The translations under genes and the position numbers were made by a program. A stretch of 63,563 bases of DNA, counting the filler, from Octopus bimaculoides (lineage: Eukaryota): the NCBI RefSeq assembly GCF_001194135.2. It is 4 parts of 3 records of this genome, joined end to end, with 100 filler letters (N's around TTAATTAATTAA, not from the genome) between each part and the next. Parts side by side here need not be neighbours in the genome. Positions count along the whole stretch, not along the records: positions 1 to 11,964 come from NC_068985.1; 3 more parts are not named here. The stretch is one strand, 5' to 3'. Below the pieces are notes generated by a model that saw only the letters and a list, made by a program, of their open reading frames with translations, was not told the origin of the DNA and searched no databases. Positions 1 to 10,679 of this stretch are shown here, one piece after another (position 1 is the stretch's first letter; each line of letters begins with the position of its first letter).

Positions 1-12
1 TATGTATATACA

Positions 13-198
13 CATCATCATCATCATTTAACATCCATTTTCCATGCTGGCATGGGTTGGATGGTTTGACTGGGTCTGGGAAGCTAGGAGGCTGTACCAG
101 ACTCCAATCTGATCTCGCAGAGTTTATACAGCTAGATGCCCTTCCTAACGCCAACCACTCCGAGTGTAATGAGTCCTTTTTACGTGCCACTGGCACGG
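13..198 (-). mobile_element. SINE family C (RTE-like 3' tail ending in (ATG)n), partial copy
   Basis: (CAT)n then tttaacatccattttccatgctggcatgggttgg...gatgcccttcctaacgccaaccactc; homologous to 12065-12295 and 15378-15689. Confidence 0.8.
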
Positions 199-257
199 GG
201 GTCACCACTACAATTTCCAGTTGATTTGATTTGATTTTGCTATTGATGTACTTGATG

Positions 258-300
<43 letters not shown>

Positions 301-347
301 TATATATACATATATTTATACATATATACACACACACATGTATATAA

Positions 348-406
<59 letters not shown>

Positions 407-1785
407 CATATATGATATGTTGGTGGTGTTGTTTAGCCCCAGTTCAGCATTGATCTTGTAAATCATCTGATTATATGTCGTTCTAGCCATGACCAACCTA
501 TCTTATTTTCACAGAAGCCTCCATTATCTCATGTGTCCTTTCATTATTTAATTCAAGCAAATCAGATTGATTACAACTACATTAGAAAGACTCACTTACT
601 GGCTTTTAGTTGTTTGGGTGGTGGTGAAATGGTTGAGGAGTGTGTGGTAGTGGTTGTGTTGCTGAGGAAGTAGCGTGGGCCCGGAGGTGTAATAGTGTCT
701 TGGTATGGTGGTGGTGGTGGTAAGAGTAGTGTCTGGGTGTGGCAGTGGGCGCAGTACCTAGGTGAGGTATGACAGTGAGAGGGTGGTGTCTATAGTTGAT
801 GTATAACAAACAGTCTTGTGTATGGGTAGGTGCAAAGGAGGTGTTCTGACATATGGTGGCGGTGCGTGACCTGTGGTACATGCAGTGTTGCGTAACAGCT
901 GAAATAAAGTGTGATGTCATAGAGCAGCTGAGATTAACAGCAGAAGAGTGTTGCAGTGGTGGTGATGGTAGTGAGGGAGGTGGAGGAGAAGAGTGTCTAG
1001 CAATAAGATGTTTTAGCTAAATTAAATGTCTTGTTGTCATAGAGATGAGGGTGGCGATGGTAGTGGCAGCAGTGGAGATTGTAGTGGCGGTGACGGCAGA
1101 GGTGACTGCAGCGGGGCAGTAGCAGTGTGATTGCAGTGGCAGCAGTGGTGGTAGTGACATGGTGGATAAAAGGTTTTGATTTGACTAACCAGCTAGCAAG
1201 ATGATGGTGTTGGTGGTGGTGGTGGTGTTGGTGTTGGAAGTTTTCACTCCACTGAACACGCATTAAAAAACAAACAAACAAATAAACGCAAGTCAACTGA
1301 AGCCACTTACTTGATAAATTACATTTGTTTGTCTTGAAACAGTTTGATGAGATAGTTTTTTTGAGATATTTCCTATCCTTTTCCTACCGCTCTTATCGAT
1401 CACTGCTCATAACTCTCAGCCATACCGAACCATTAGCATGACACCACCACCACCACCACCACCGCTATCACTGCTGCTCAACCCCTACCAATCACTGCAG
1501 CTCTGCAGCAGAGAGAGACTTCCACTGGACAAACGCAGGAATACGTCACCGCCAACCGATAATAGCCAAGACATATTGCTGATGCTGTTGATGTGATGCT
1601 GCAATGCTCAGCAATATATAAGCATAGCCATCTTCACAGCACTAACTTATTACAGTTCTTCGTTATGGTGCAACAGATGCAGCAGCAGTCATTGAATAAT
1701 GTGTTTTAACATAATCTATATTTATATAAAACAAAAGTTGATCAATTTCCTTCAGTTTTCTTTTTCTGTCAGAAACTGAACTGAA

Positions 1786-1925
1786 AGAGTGTAGGTGTGG
1801 CTATGTGGTTAACAAGTTTACTTTGTAATAATGTGGTTTTGGAAGTATTAGGGTCAATTTGACTAAAACTCTTCAAGGTGGTGCCCCAGTATGGATGCAG
1901 TCCAATGACTGAAACAAGTAACAGA
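1786..1925 (+). mobile_element. SINE family A, internally deleted copy (head fused to tail)
   Basis: ggtgtggctatgtggttaacaag head and ...ggtgccccagtatggatgcagtccaatgactgaaacaagtaa tail match 62139-62760. Confidence 0.65.
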
Positions 1926-1984
1926 ACAAAAAAAATTTATTTTGATTTTTGGCATTTTCTTTTTATTATATAATGTTATGAATG

Positions 1985-2200
1985 TAGTGCGCTGGCAGAA
2001 TTGTAAGTACGCCAGACAAAATGCTCAGCAGCATTTTGTCTTTACGTTCTGAGTTCAAATACTACCAAAGTTGGCTTTGCCTTTCATCTTATGGAGACCA
2101 ATAAAATAAGTACCAGTTGAATACTGGGATTAATGTAATTGACTATCATCCTCCCACTAAGTTTCAAGCCTTGAGCCTATAGTACAAAGGATTAGCTTCA
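1985..2200 (+). mobile_element. SINE family B (tRNA-like head, GCCTTTCATCC central domain)
   Basis: gctggcagaa...ttctgagttcaaat...ctttgcctttcatc...aaataagtaccagttg; matches 18172-18435. Confidence 0.75.
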
Positions 2201-2505
2201 AAATGATATCTTACTGAACAGACCATTGATCTAAGGTGTGTCAACCATGACCTAACCAAGGACTATATTACCCATGGTGTTTTTTTTAGGGGGGCAACAA
2301 TGTGTGATATGAGGGAGCTTTGTCTGCTATATCTAGCAGGTTGAATGACCATATAAAGGCTCCTTGTTGAGCTGTGCTTTGCTCTTATACCCAATGTTTT
2401 ACCTTATATGTAAGAAAACAAAAGGACCTACAGATAGCCAAACAGACAAAGTATGAAACAGCACTGAGAGGTCAGTGGCCTGTCTACTGCAACCAGCACT
2501 ATATG

Positions 2506-2938
2506 CAGTGCTGGATTAACCATTAAGCAAAATAAGCACATGCTTAGGGCATTAAGGGAAGGGATGGGCACCACAGAAATGGTAAATGGTTTATGGCACA
2601 AAAGAAATCACTTTAAACTTGTTAAAATAATATTCATAAAACCCTGTCTCTACTAAGTATAGAAGCAGAAGTTTTACGTAAAATTAATTTTAACAATATC
2701 ATCGAAGACTTTGCAATTGAATTAAAAAACCCAAGGAGAAAACTTTTCGAATATATATAAAGTGGAAGTATACAAAAATAAACGTTGTTCCATCTTACTG
2801 TGAATTTTGTTTCATTTTGAAAAATAACAATTTATTTTATGGTTTATTATTGTTTACATTTTGAACCATTTACATATACTTGAGGGCACCAAAACCTTTT
2901 AAGTGTTCAGGGCCTCTATGAGTGTTAATCCGTCCCTG
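2506..2938 (+). mobile_element. Non-autonomous hAT DNA transposon with remnant of the transposase C-terminus
   Basis: 15-bp imperfect TIRs CAGTGCTGGATTAAC / GTTAATCCGTCCCTG; perfect 8-bp TSD ACTATATG (2498-2505, 2939-2946); 2641-2760 reads TLSLLSIEAEVLRKINFNNIIEDFAIELKNPRRKLFEYI*, like hAT C-termini (LSIE...IDF..II..FA..K.RK). Confidence 0.9.
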
Positions 2939-3159
2939 ACTATATGGCATCTCTCTGTTAGTGAAATGGCACAGTCCAATTTACTGTAAGTAGGTAGGGG
3001 GTTCACATTAGAAAAATATGGTAGCACCTTAAAATTGATAAGTATTTTATTGACTAGCAGTGTTGCTTTTCAGTCTACAGGTATAATGGCATTCTATTGG
3101 AGAAGGGAATTGGGAGGAAATTTCTTGTCTGTTTAACATTAAGGAAACTGGTGATAGGT

Positions 3160-3310
3160 ATAACTGTGTGGCTAAGAAATTTGCTGCACAATAGCTTTGA
3201 GGATCTGAGTTCAATCCCACAATGTGGCATCTTGAGTAAGTGCATTGGGTTGACCAATGCCTTGTAAGTGGAGTTTGGTTAGTGGGAATTATGTAGAAGC
3301 CTGTCATGTA
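3160..3310 (+). mobile_element. SINE family A, 5' half
   Basis: tgtgtggctaagaaatttgct...gagttcaatccca...ggcatcttgagtaagtgc...ccttgtaagtggagtttggt; homologous to 62139-62305. Confidence 0.6.
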
Positions 3311-3424
3311 TGTATGTGTGTATCTTTTGTATAGAGTGTGCCAAAAGTCATGCACAAAATAAAATAATGATGAATACATACGTACTTGCTGATGATGAAC
3401 AAAATGAATAATAATAATAATAAT

Positions 3425-3640
3425 AATAATCCTTGCTACAATAGGTACAAGGCCTGAAATTTGTGGGGAGGGGTAAGTTGATCACATTGACCCCAGTCTA
3501 TGACTGGTACTTAATTTATCGGCTCCTTTAGGATGAAAGGCAAAGTTGACCTTGGCGGAATTTGAGCTAAGACAGGTGAAATACTACTAAGCGTTTTGTC
3601 CGGGGTGATAATGATTCTGCTAGCTCACCGCCTTTGATAA
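3425..3640 (-). mobile_element. SINE family B
   Basis: Reverse complement of family B (ctggtacttaattt...ggatgaaaggcaaagttgaccttggcggaatttgagct), next to (AAT)n. Confidence 0.75.
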
Positions 3641-3916
3641 TAATAATTATAGTAACAATGTAATATAAATAAAATATCAAATGGTTTTGGTGCGTGACTT
3701 TTAGTCCACCCTGTACATTAGGAAAAGATGGAAGTGTTAGGAGCATTATAAAAAAACGCTTTATTTCATGCTGTTGCAGTCTACTCAACTGGGGAAAACT
3801 AAGTAATCCTGCAATGGACTGGTGTACCATCCAGGGAAGAATATATACATTCCAGAGAAACCAAGATACCGGGAAACCAGCCCTATGCTTCTTATGGAGT
3901 AATGTGGACTAGCCAT

Positions 3917-4047
3917 ATAAGGGAAAACCTTATAAACAGATTGTTATCAAATCTGTTTGATGTCCATTAGAAATCTAAAAGGTTATCTGTTTGTTATGCA
4001 ATGTCTAAATATTTGGTAATGCAATCTGTTTATAAGGTTTCCCTTAT
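3917..4047. repeat. Short foldback / MITE-like inverted repeat
   Basis: ATAAGGGAAAACCTTATAAACAGATTG (3917-3943) vs CAATCTGTTTATAAGGTTTCCCTTAT (4022-4047): complementary except one indel. Confidence 0.75.
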
Positions 4048-4291
4048 GTAACAGATATTATTGTTAATGAACATAGGAAAAATGATGTAATTAATTTATG
4101 AAATGACTCTAGATTTGTGGTTTTTCTATATGTACTCTGATCTTTTTAACTATGTAAACCAGTGAAAGGAAACTTGGTCTATGATACACAATGTCTTTGC
4201 AGTTTTCTCTTATGATACATGAGGCTGCACATATTGCTCCAAAATACTGGCTTTATTCCAGGCAATTTAAATTCAAATGATACTATACAAT

Positions 4292-4325
<34 letters not shown>

Positions 4326-4796
4326 CACACATACATACACACACACATGTATGTAAATGACCTGTCAACAACAAGACTTACATAAATGAAAGAAGTTATC
4401 ATTAATTTTATATAGCTCAGGTTATCTGAGGTCAAAGAAAATTCAACTGCTCTCTGTAAGCTAACCATCATATATATATATATATATATATATGATTGAC
4501 CGTTGACTGAACACTATTCCATTTTTTTTCTCCATTTTTTTTCTCCGTGTNNNNNNNNNNNNNNNNNNNNNNNNNNNNNNNNNNNNNNNNNNNNNNNNNN
4601 NNNNNNNNNNNNNNNNNNNNNNCTACACATGGAAATGTAAGGGGAAAGTAAGCAGAAAATAAGCGAAAATGCACATTGGAAATCAAAAAAAGTGACGGCT
4701 TTTTATGAAAAGTAACGATAGATATATACAATTAGATGAACTGAGGTAGGAATAAAGGTAATAAAAGTCATTATTGTGAGTTGTTAAAGAAATTTA

Positions 4797-4835
4797 AAAG
4801 CATACCGGTTTCGTAATATTACTAATCATTGCTTT
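4797..4835 (-). ncRNA. Minimal type I hammerhead ribozyme, A3-U8 core variant
   Basis: AAAGCA-AUGAUUA-GUAAUAUUAC-GAAA-CCGG-UA-UGCUUU: 6-bp stem I, self-complementary stem II, palindromic ACCGGU stem III, GUA cleavage triplet; about 190 nt after the Penelope ORF stop. Confidence 0.75.
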
Positions 4836-5023
4836 GAATGCACACCAAATTCTAAACGGTGTCAAGTCTATTAGTCCCTTAGTAAAAAGATTATGTGTAA
4901 GGGAGGTAAGTAGTTCTGGATTTGGTGCAATTAAGGTAAATCTGGATCTGTAATGTGAATGGTGTATGGGATGTATAGGGGTTAGTGGCATTAAATGGAA
5001 GATTAGTAGTGTTCTATATTATG

Positions 5024-5386
5024 TTATGTGTTCATATTTAGTTGAGGAAGATATTTATTAATGAAAATTGCCTCTTTATTCATTCTTTGTTGTGTTGAGG
5101 TGTTCTGTAAACATTGATAGAAGGGAAAAACTAGGAAATTAGGATTAAGATTCCTTGCACACCTTTCTATGTGTCCACTGACCTGTATCTGTCTGTAATG
5201 TGGGTGGCAGATTTGTTCTTTGTGGAGAGTGGTTCTTCTATGGAGTGATATTCCTGTTTGGCCAATATAGTTATTACTGCACCCTAAGCATGTAATGGCA
5301 TAGATTAGATTTTCCGAGGCACAGGTGAAATTTGATTTAATCTTAAATATTTCACCTTGTTTAAAGTGGAACTCTGAACCCTCCAA
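5024..5386 (-). CDS. Penelope GIY-YIG endonuclease domain (C-terminal end of the element ORF)
   Basis: FTCASENLIYAITCLGCSNNYIGQTG..LHRRTTLH...HI..C...F...R..KEAIFINKYLPQLN*: typical PLE GIY-YIG with CCHH residues; the frame continues upstream (NKILDSHKIIKSKMQPK) into the gap. Confidence 0.9.
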   Translation of the reverse strand: MEGSEFHFKQGEIFKIKSNFTCASENLIYAITCLGCSNNYIGQTGISLHRRTTLHKEQICHPHYRQIQVSGHIERCARNLNPNFLVFPFYQCLQNTSTQQRMNKEAIFINKYLPQLNMNT

Positions 5387-5740
5387 AAGGTGGGGGCAAG
5401 TACCACAGTTAGGTCGACCACNNNNNNNNNNNNNNNNNNNNNNNNNNNNNNNNNNNNNNNNNNNNNNNNNNNNNNNNNNNNNNNNNNNNNNNNNNNNNNN
5501 NNNNNNNNNNNNNNNNNNNNNNNNNNNNNNNNNNNNNNNNNNNNNNNNNNNNNNNNNNNNNNNNNNNNNNNNNNNNNNNNNNNNNNNNNNNNNNNNNNNN
5601 NNNNNNNNNNNNNNNNNNNNNNNNNNNNNNNNNNNNNNNNNNNNNNNNNNNNNNNNNNNNNNNNNNNNNNNNNNNNNNNNNNNNNNNNNNNNNNNNNNNN
5701 NNNNNNNNNNNNNNNNNNNNNNNNNNNNNNNNNNNNNNNN

Positions 5741-6096
5741 ATTTAGGTTGCATTTTACTTTTGATAATTTTGTGTGAGTCTAAAATTTTGTTCATCTCTT
5801 GTGAGGATGGGAAGATTTTGGATGATAACGTTAAAGGCTTCGTTGTTTCTAGGGTTATGTGTGGAGATGTATGGGAGTATTTTAAAGTCTGGTTTAGTAT
5901 TTTGGTTGACTTCCCTTAATGTTTGTATGTCTATTTCCTTAGCTCGTTTGATTCCATCATTTATTAAAGATATTGGGTAATGTCTTTTGATTAGTATTGA
6001 TCTGAGTTCAAGGAGTCTTCGTTCACGAGTATAGGAGTTCGAAACTATGGTACAGATTCTTTTCACTAGATTATAAGGTATATTAATTTTATCCAT
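5741..6096 (-). CDS. Penelope RT C-terminal (thumb) and linker fragment
   Basis: KINIPYNLVKRICTIVSNSYTRERRLLELRSILIKRHYPISLINDGIKRAK...LPYISTHNP; characteristic PLE IPxxL..RI..I.S / L....YP / LPY motifs. Confidence 0.85.
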
Positions 6097-6289
6097 AATT
6101 TCAATTGGTCATGCTTGGGAATCCAACAGGAAAGTCTAATGAAGGTTGATTCTGATAGGATCTTCTGGAAGAGGTGCCTGAGGATTCTATCCTGATGACC
6201 TCCCAGGAATAGTGGGTAGTAATGGCGGATGAGTAAATGTGTTGGTTTCACCGAACAAGCTTCAGTTTTTCAATTTACAAAGCAAACAA

Positions 6290-6630
6290 CTTTTATGGTC
6301 AAAAGGGCTCCCGGCTCAATTCCACTGAATTGTACCTTGTGCATGTACTGTCTACCTAAGTCATGAGTTGACTAATGTGTTGTTAATGAAATCTGGTGGA
6401 TAAAAATTGAGGAAACCTATTGTGTGTATTGCTGACTCTTGTAAAGTGCTTGATGTTAGGAAGAGCATTCAGTCATAGATATCAAGCCAAAAATGTAAGA
6501 ATGTAAGAGCAAAAATGTAAGAGCAAGATGTAGCCCTACAAGCTATCTTGGAGGACAGTAACTCCTAATAAGGACTTGCATTGTGATGAACTGTCCAACC
6601 CATGCCAGCATGGAAAAGTGGATATAAGTA
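6290..6630 (+). mobile_element. Degenerate SINE with the RTE-type 3' tail
   Basis: gtgcttgatgttaggaagagcattcag and terminal gtccaacccatgccagcatggaaaagtggat shared with family C; 5' limit uncertain. Confidence 0.5.
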
Positions 6631-7195
6631 GGTTATAATGATACACACACACACACATGTATATGTGTGCATGTGTTTGTGTGTTTATATCAGCATGAGA
6701 ACAAACTCTAATACATTCAAACAGAAATGCCTTGCAGTATTTAAGGCCACCTGGGGTAGCTACCTTTACTTCTCAATGTCTACTTTCTATTTTGCATTTA
6801 CAAGACCTATGAAACAAGTACTAGACAATGTATTGTAGAGGAACAATATAATGAAGTAAAATTTAAAAAAAAACCCTTAATAGCAGTGCTCCAGCATAGG
6901 CATAATTTAATGATTAAAAACAGGAAAAGAATATTAAAGTGTAGATGGATGAAAGTGAAAGTAATTTTGACTGGTGCTGCTACCCTGTTATTACCTGAAA
7001 TTAGAGACTCAAAGTTGGATACCCCCCCACCACCACTCACACACACACACACAAATACACATGCAGAGAAATTGTATGCAGACGACACTCGGTTACTCTC
7101 TCACATTTGGGCTGTTTTGCTGAAATTTCACACAAGAAATACATACAGGCTGCTTGGATTGTAGCCATTAGCAGAAGTTGAATCCAGTAAGGAGA

Positions 7196-7229
<34 letters not shown>

Positions 7230-7549
7230 TGATTCAGTATTTGATGAGGTCCTGCGACTGCTGTAAATGCAGCAACTGTTAATATTATGGGACAATATCG
7301 CTGCCACAGACAATCAATGTGTTCATAATTGTTACACTTGTTGTGTGTGACTTGCTTGAGAGTAACCAAGGCGATATTTGTAATATATTCATCATATAAT
7401 CATATACATTCAGAGATGAAGATTTTAGAATATATATGTGCTCATATAATATTCTTGTCTATCTTATCTATCAATTATTGTCCCTCTATATGTCTAGCTA
7501 TCCCTATCTGCTTTGTATCTCCTTGCATCTAGCTATCTACTCCCATATC

Positions 7550-7551
7550 AC

Positions 7552-7596
<45 letters not shown>

Positions 7597-7760
7597 CACA
7601 TATCACCTCATCTGTCTCTCTACCTGTCTGTCTGTCTGTTTGTCTATCTATCTAGTTATCTGTCTTTCTGTCTATCTTCTTATCTATTCATTAGACTATC
7701 ACCTCACCTATCTATCTGTCTGTCTGTCTGTCTATCTATCTTCTTATCTGTCTATCCCAT
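7550..7760. repeat. (ATCT)n/(GTCT)n compound microsatellite
   Basis: Visible tandem units; similar tracts at 34830-34900, 44160-44310 and 63245-63410. Confidence 0.9.
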
Positions 7761-8230
7761 TTATGTATGTACATATCTAACCTCTCATCTTCTCTCTATC
7801 ATCTAATACCATCTGCTCCATCTATTTATCATCTTATATTGTTTGTCCCATCTATACCTCTGTCATCTTATACCATCCATCCCATGTATCTTACTCTGTG
7901 CCATCTGTCAGTCTTCTATGTATCATCTCCATCCATCTAGTCAACCACCTGTCAAATTTCATATTTCTCTGCTCACATATTTGACTATCATATCTTCCCC
8001 ATTCCTACTTTACCCTTCAATGAATCTATTTTTCTCTCAGCTTAAACCTATTTTCTCATCTATCTATCAACCTATTCTCCTTCTGAGCCATCTTTAACCA
8101 CAAAACTAAACATTTAACAAATGCCAACCAATCTACTAATAAATCAATGACTCATTAGTCATGAAAACAATACTAGGGGACAGAATGACAGAGGTAAGTC
8201 AATAATAACAACAACAACAATAATAATAAT

Positions 8231-8697
8231 GTGAGAAAGCAATCGTATTCCAGGATATGCCAATACACACAGATAGAGAAATTAAGGCCAATAGGCCAAA
8301 TATAGTTGTTAGAGATAACTAAGAAAAAAATGCTTTCTAATTGATATGAATACCAACAGATGACAATATTTCTCTAAAAGAAATGGAGAAACTTTCAAAA
8401 TACAAAGATCTGGAAGTAGAGGTAACTCTAATGTAGAGTCTAAAAACAGCAGCAATTCCTATCACAGTAGGCACATTAGGTATGATAAAAAAATATTCAA
8501 ATACATAATAAAAACATCAGGACTTACAAATATATATAACATACAGAAAATTGCACTACTGGGCACTGCACACATCCTATGCAAAACACCTTCAATACAA
8601 TAACCATAAGAGCATCACAGCAAACCACAGCACATACCCAAGGCACACAGAGCTGTACTTGGTAGTGCAGGGAAAGCATGGGATAAAAATAAGACTA

Positions 8698-8700
<3 letters not shown>
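8231..8700 (+). mobile_element. R4/Dong-like non-LTR retrotransposon 3' end (RLE domain pseudogene + 3' UTR)
   Basis: EKAIVFQDMPIHTDREIKANRPNIVVRD..KKCFLID..PTDDNISLKEMEKLSKYKDLEVE...IPITVGTLG...QKIALLGTAHIL.KTLSIQ*, with frameshifts/stops; flanked on both sides by (AAT)n. Confidence 0.85.
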
Positions 8701-8753
<53 letters not shown>

Positions 8754-8764
8754 TTTCCAATTTT

Positions 8765-8922
8765 GGCACAAGACCACCAAGATTGAGTGGGGGATGAGTC
8801 CCCCAGAAGGATGAAAGGTAAAGTCAACCTTGGTGGAATTTGAACTCAGAACATAAATACAGATGAAATGCTGCTAAGCATCTTGCCTAATGTGTTAACA
8901 ATTCTGTCAACTTGCTGCCTTC

Positions 8923-8925
<3 letters not shown>
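8765..8925 (-). mobile_element. SINE family B, partial
   Basis: ggatgaaaggtaaagtcaaccttggtggaatttgaactcagaac; reverse complement of family B. Confidence 0.7.
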
Positions 8926-8972
<47 letters not shown>

Positions 8973-8973
8973 T

Positions 8974-9715
8974 ATGAAGCAGATAGAAGAGACAGGCTAT
9001 AAGTACTTGGGGATATTGGAAATGCATAAATTGATGGAGAAAGACATGACAGAAAAATTTAAGGTGGAGTACTTGTGCAGACTGAGACTGATCCTAAAGT
9101 CGAAATTAAACAGACAGAATAAGATTGAAGCTATCAACAACTGGGCAGTTTCACTCCTTAGATATGGAGCAGGGGTAATTCCATGGACAATAGATGAACT
9201 AAACAGCTTGGATAGAAAGACAAAGAAGTTCCTGACTAGATATGGGATACTCCATCCAAAAAGTGACACAGACAGACTGTATGTACCAAGAAAAAGAGAG
9301 AGAAGAGGACTGATTGGATGCGAACACAGCATTAGAGCAGAAGAAAACAACATAGCATGGTATGTAAAAAATGCCACAGAGCTGCTATTATTGGACGTAA
9401 AAAGGTCAGGTTTGTGTAGGCTGGAGAATTCAAAGATAAAGCACTGAACAAGCACTTGAGAATGAATGAAACTGAAAATAGGTAAAGAAAAGAATGCATG
9501 GACAATTTCATAGGGATGTAGAAGATAAGACAGACAGAGAAAAAAGATGGCTATGGATGACTAAAAGTGACTTAAAACTGGAAACGGAGGCTCTAATCTG
9601 TGCTACCCAAGAGCAAGCATTAAGAACGAATTACATCAAATACAGAATAGACAACACATCAGAAAGTGATAAGTGCAGAATTTGTGGGTAAAATGGTAAA
9701 ACCGTATCGCACAGT
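8974..9715 (+). pseudogene. R4/Dong-like RT C-terminus to start of the CCHC knuckle, frameshifted fragment
   Basis: GYKYLGILE...SKLNRQNKIEAINNWAVSLLRYGAGVIPW..ELNSLDRKT.K...LHPKSDTDRLYVPRK..RGL, then MHGQF...W..KSDLKLETEALICATQEQALRTNY...CRICG; starts right after (AAT)n 8924-8973. Confidence 0.9.
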
Positions 9716-9911
9716 TCATCCAGCATGCTAACGATTGAGCTGGCTCACCACCTTAATAATAGTAGTAAGGATAACAATAATAATATTAAGATATACATGT
9801 TAACACTTACAATCAGTTAAGATCAGATGCCATGAGAATCACTGCCTAGTATTGCACCAGGATATCCTGGTATTGCATCAGGGCATCCTTATTATTATCA
9901 TTATTATTACT

Positions 9912-10125
9912 AAGTAAGCTAGTAGAATCATTAACATGCCAGATAAAATTCTTAGCAATTTTTCTTTCATTTCTTTACGTACTGAGTTCAAATTCTGCTG
10001 AGGTTATTTTGCCTTTTATCCTTTCAGGGTCAATAAAATAAATACCAGTTAAGCACTGGGATTGATGAAATTGACTCACTTTTCCACCCCGAAATTTCAG
10101 GCTTGTGCCTATAGTAGAAGGGAAT
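9912..10125 (+). mobile_element. SINE family B
   Basis: gtagaatcattaacatgccag...gagttcaaattctgctgagg...ttttatcctttcagggtcaataaaataaataccag. Confidence 0.7.
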
Positions 10126-10189
10126 ATTATTATTATTATTATTTATTAAGTTAGAGAGCAGGTACAGACATGTAATATATAAAGAGGAT

Positions 10190-10400
10190 GACTTTAGGAT
10201 AAAGAAGTGTCAGAAGTCCCACATGGAACAAATTATGGTACAGAAAGTCTGAAGAAAGACATTGGCAAATGTTGTGCAAGATGATCACAGGATGCTGAAC
10301 CTCACAAAGGAGATGACTAATGAAGTTAACAAATGGAGGGACAGTTTATTGGAGAGAATCTGTTCAATAGATGCTAGTATGGTAAAGCAGACGATAAACA
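10190..10400 (+). mobile_element. RTE-clade LINE 3' terminal fragment
   Basis: K..LANVVQDDHRMLNLTKEMTNEVNKWRDSLLE resembles RTE ORF ends (GRPKKTW.EVV..DL..LNL...M..DR..WR); followed by the tail shared with SINE C. Confidence 0.65.
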
Positions 10401-10679
10401 CAACTTCATGTACACTCAATGTACCTTATACACCACACAAGTCTAATGAATTGTGCAATCCAACTTCAATGATTATTCATACTTCTGCAGTATTAATTAC
10501 AAACTTGAAAACAATTAATGGAAAAAAAAATCCTGTTTGGCATCTCTGTATATGAGTATGCATCAGTATGAACATGCATGTGTGTGTGTTGGATATGCTT
10601 ATAGATGCATACATTTATATACATATTTGTGTATGCATATCTATCTATCTATATATATATATATATATATCAACAGAAA

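Larger units (their letters stand above)
4623..6100 (-). mobile_element. Penelope-like retroelement, 5'-truncated, interrupted by N gap 5422-5740
   Basis: RT C-terminal region, GIY-YIG endonuclease and 3' UTR with hammerhead, all on the minus strand in the expected order; outer limits approximate. Confidence 0.9.

Noticed and set aside
606-1296. His/Thr-rich minus-strand ORFs in a GT-rich stretch
   Set aside because: Cryptic (GGT)/(GCA) simple sequence; no recognisable domain or splice structure
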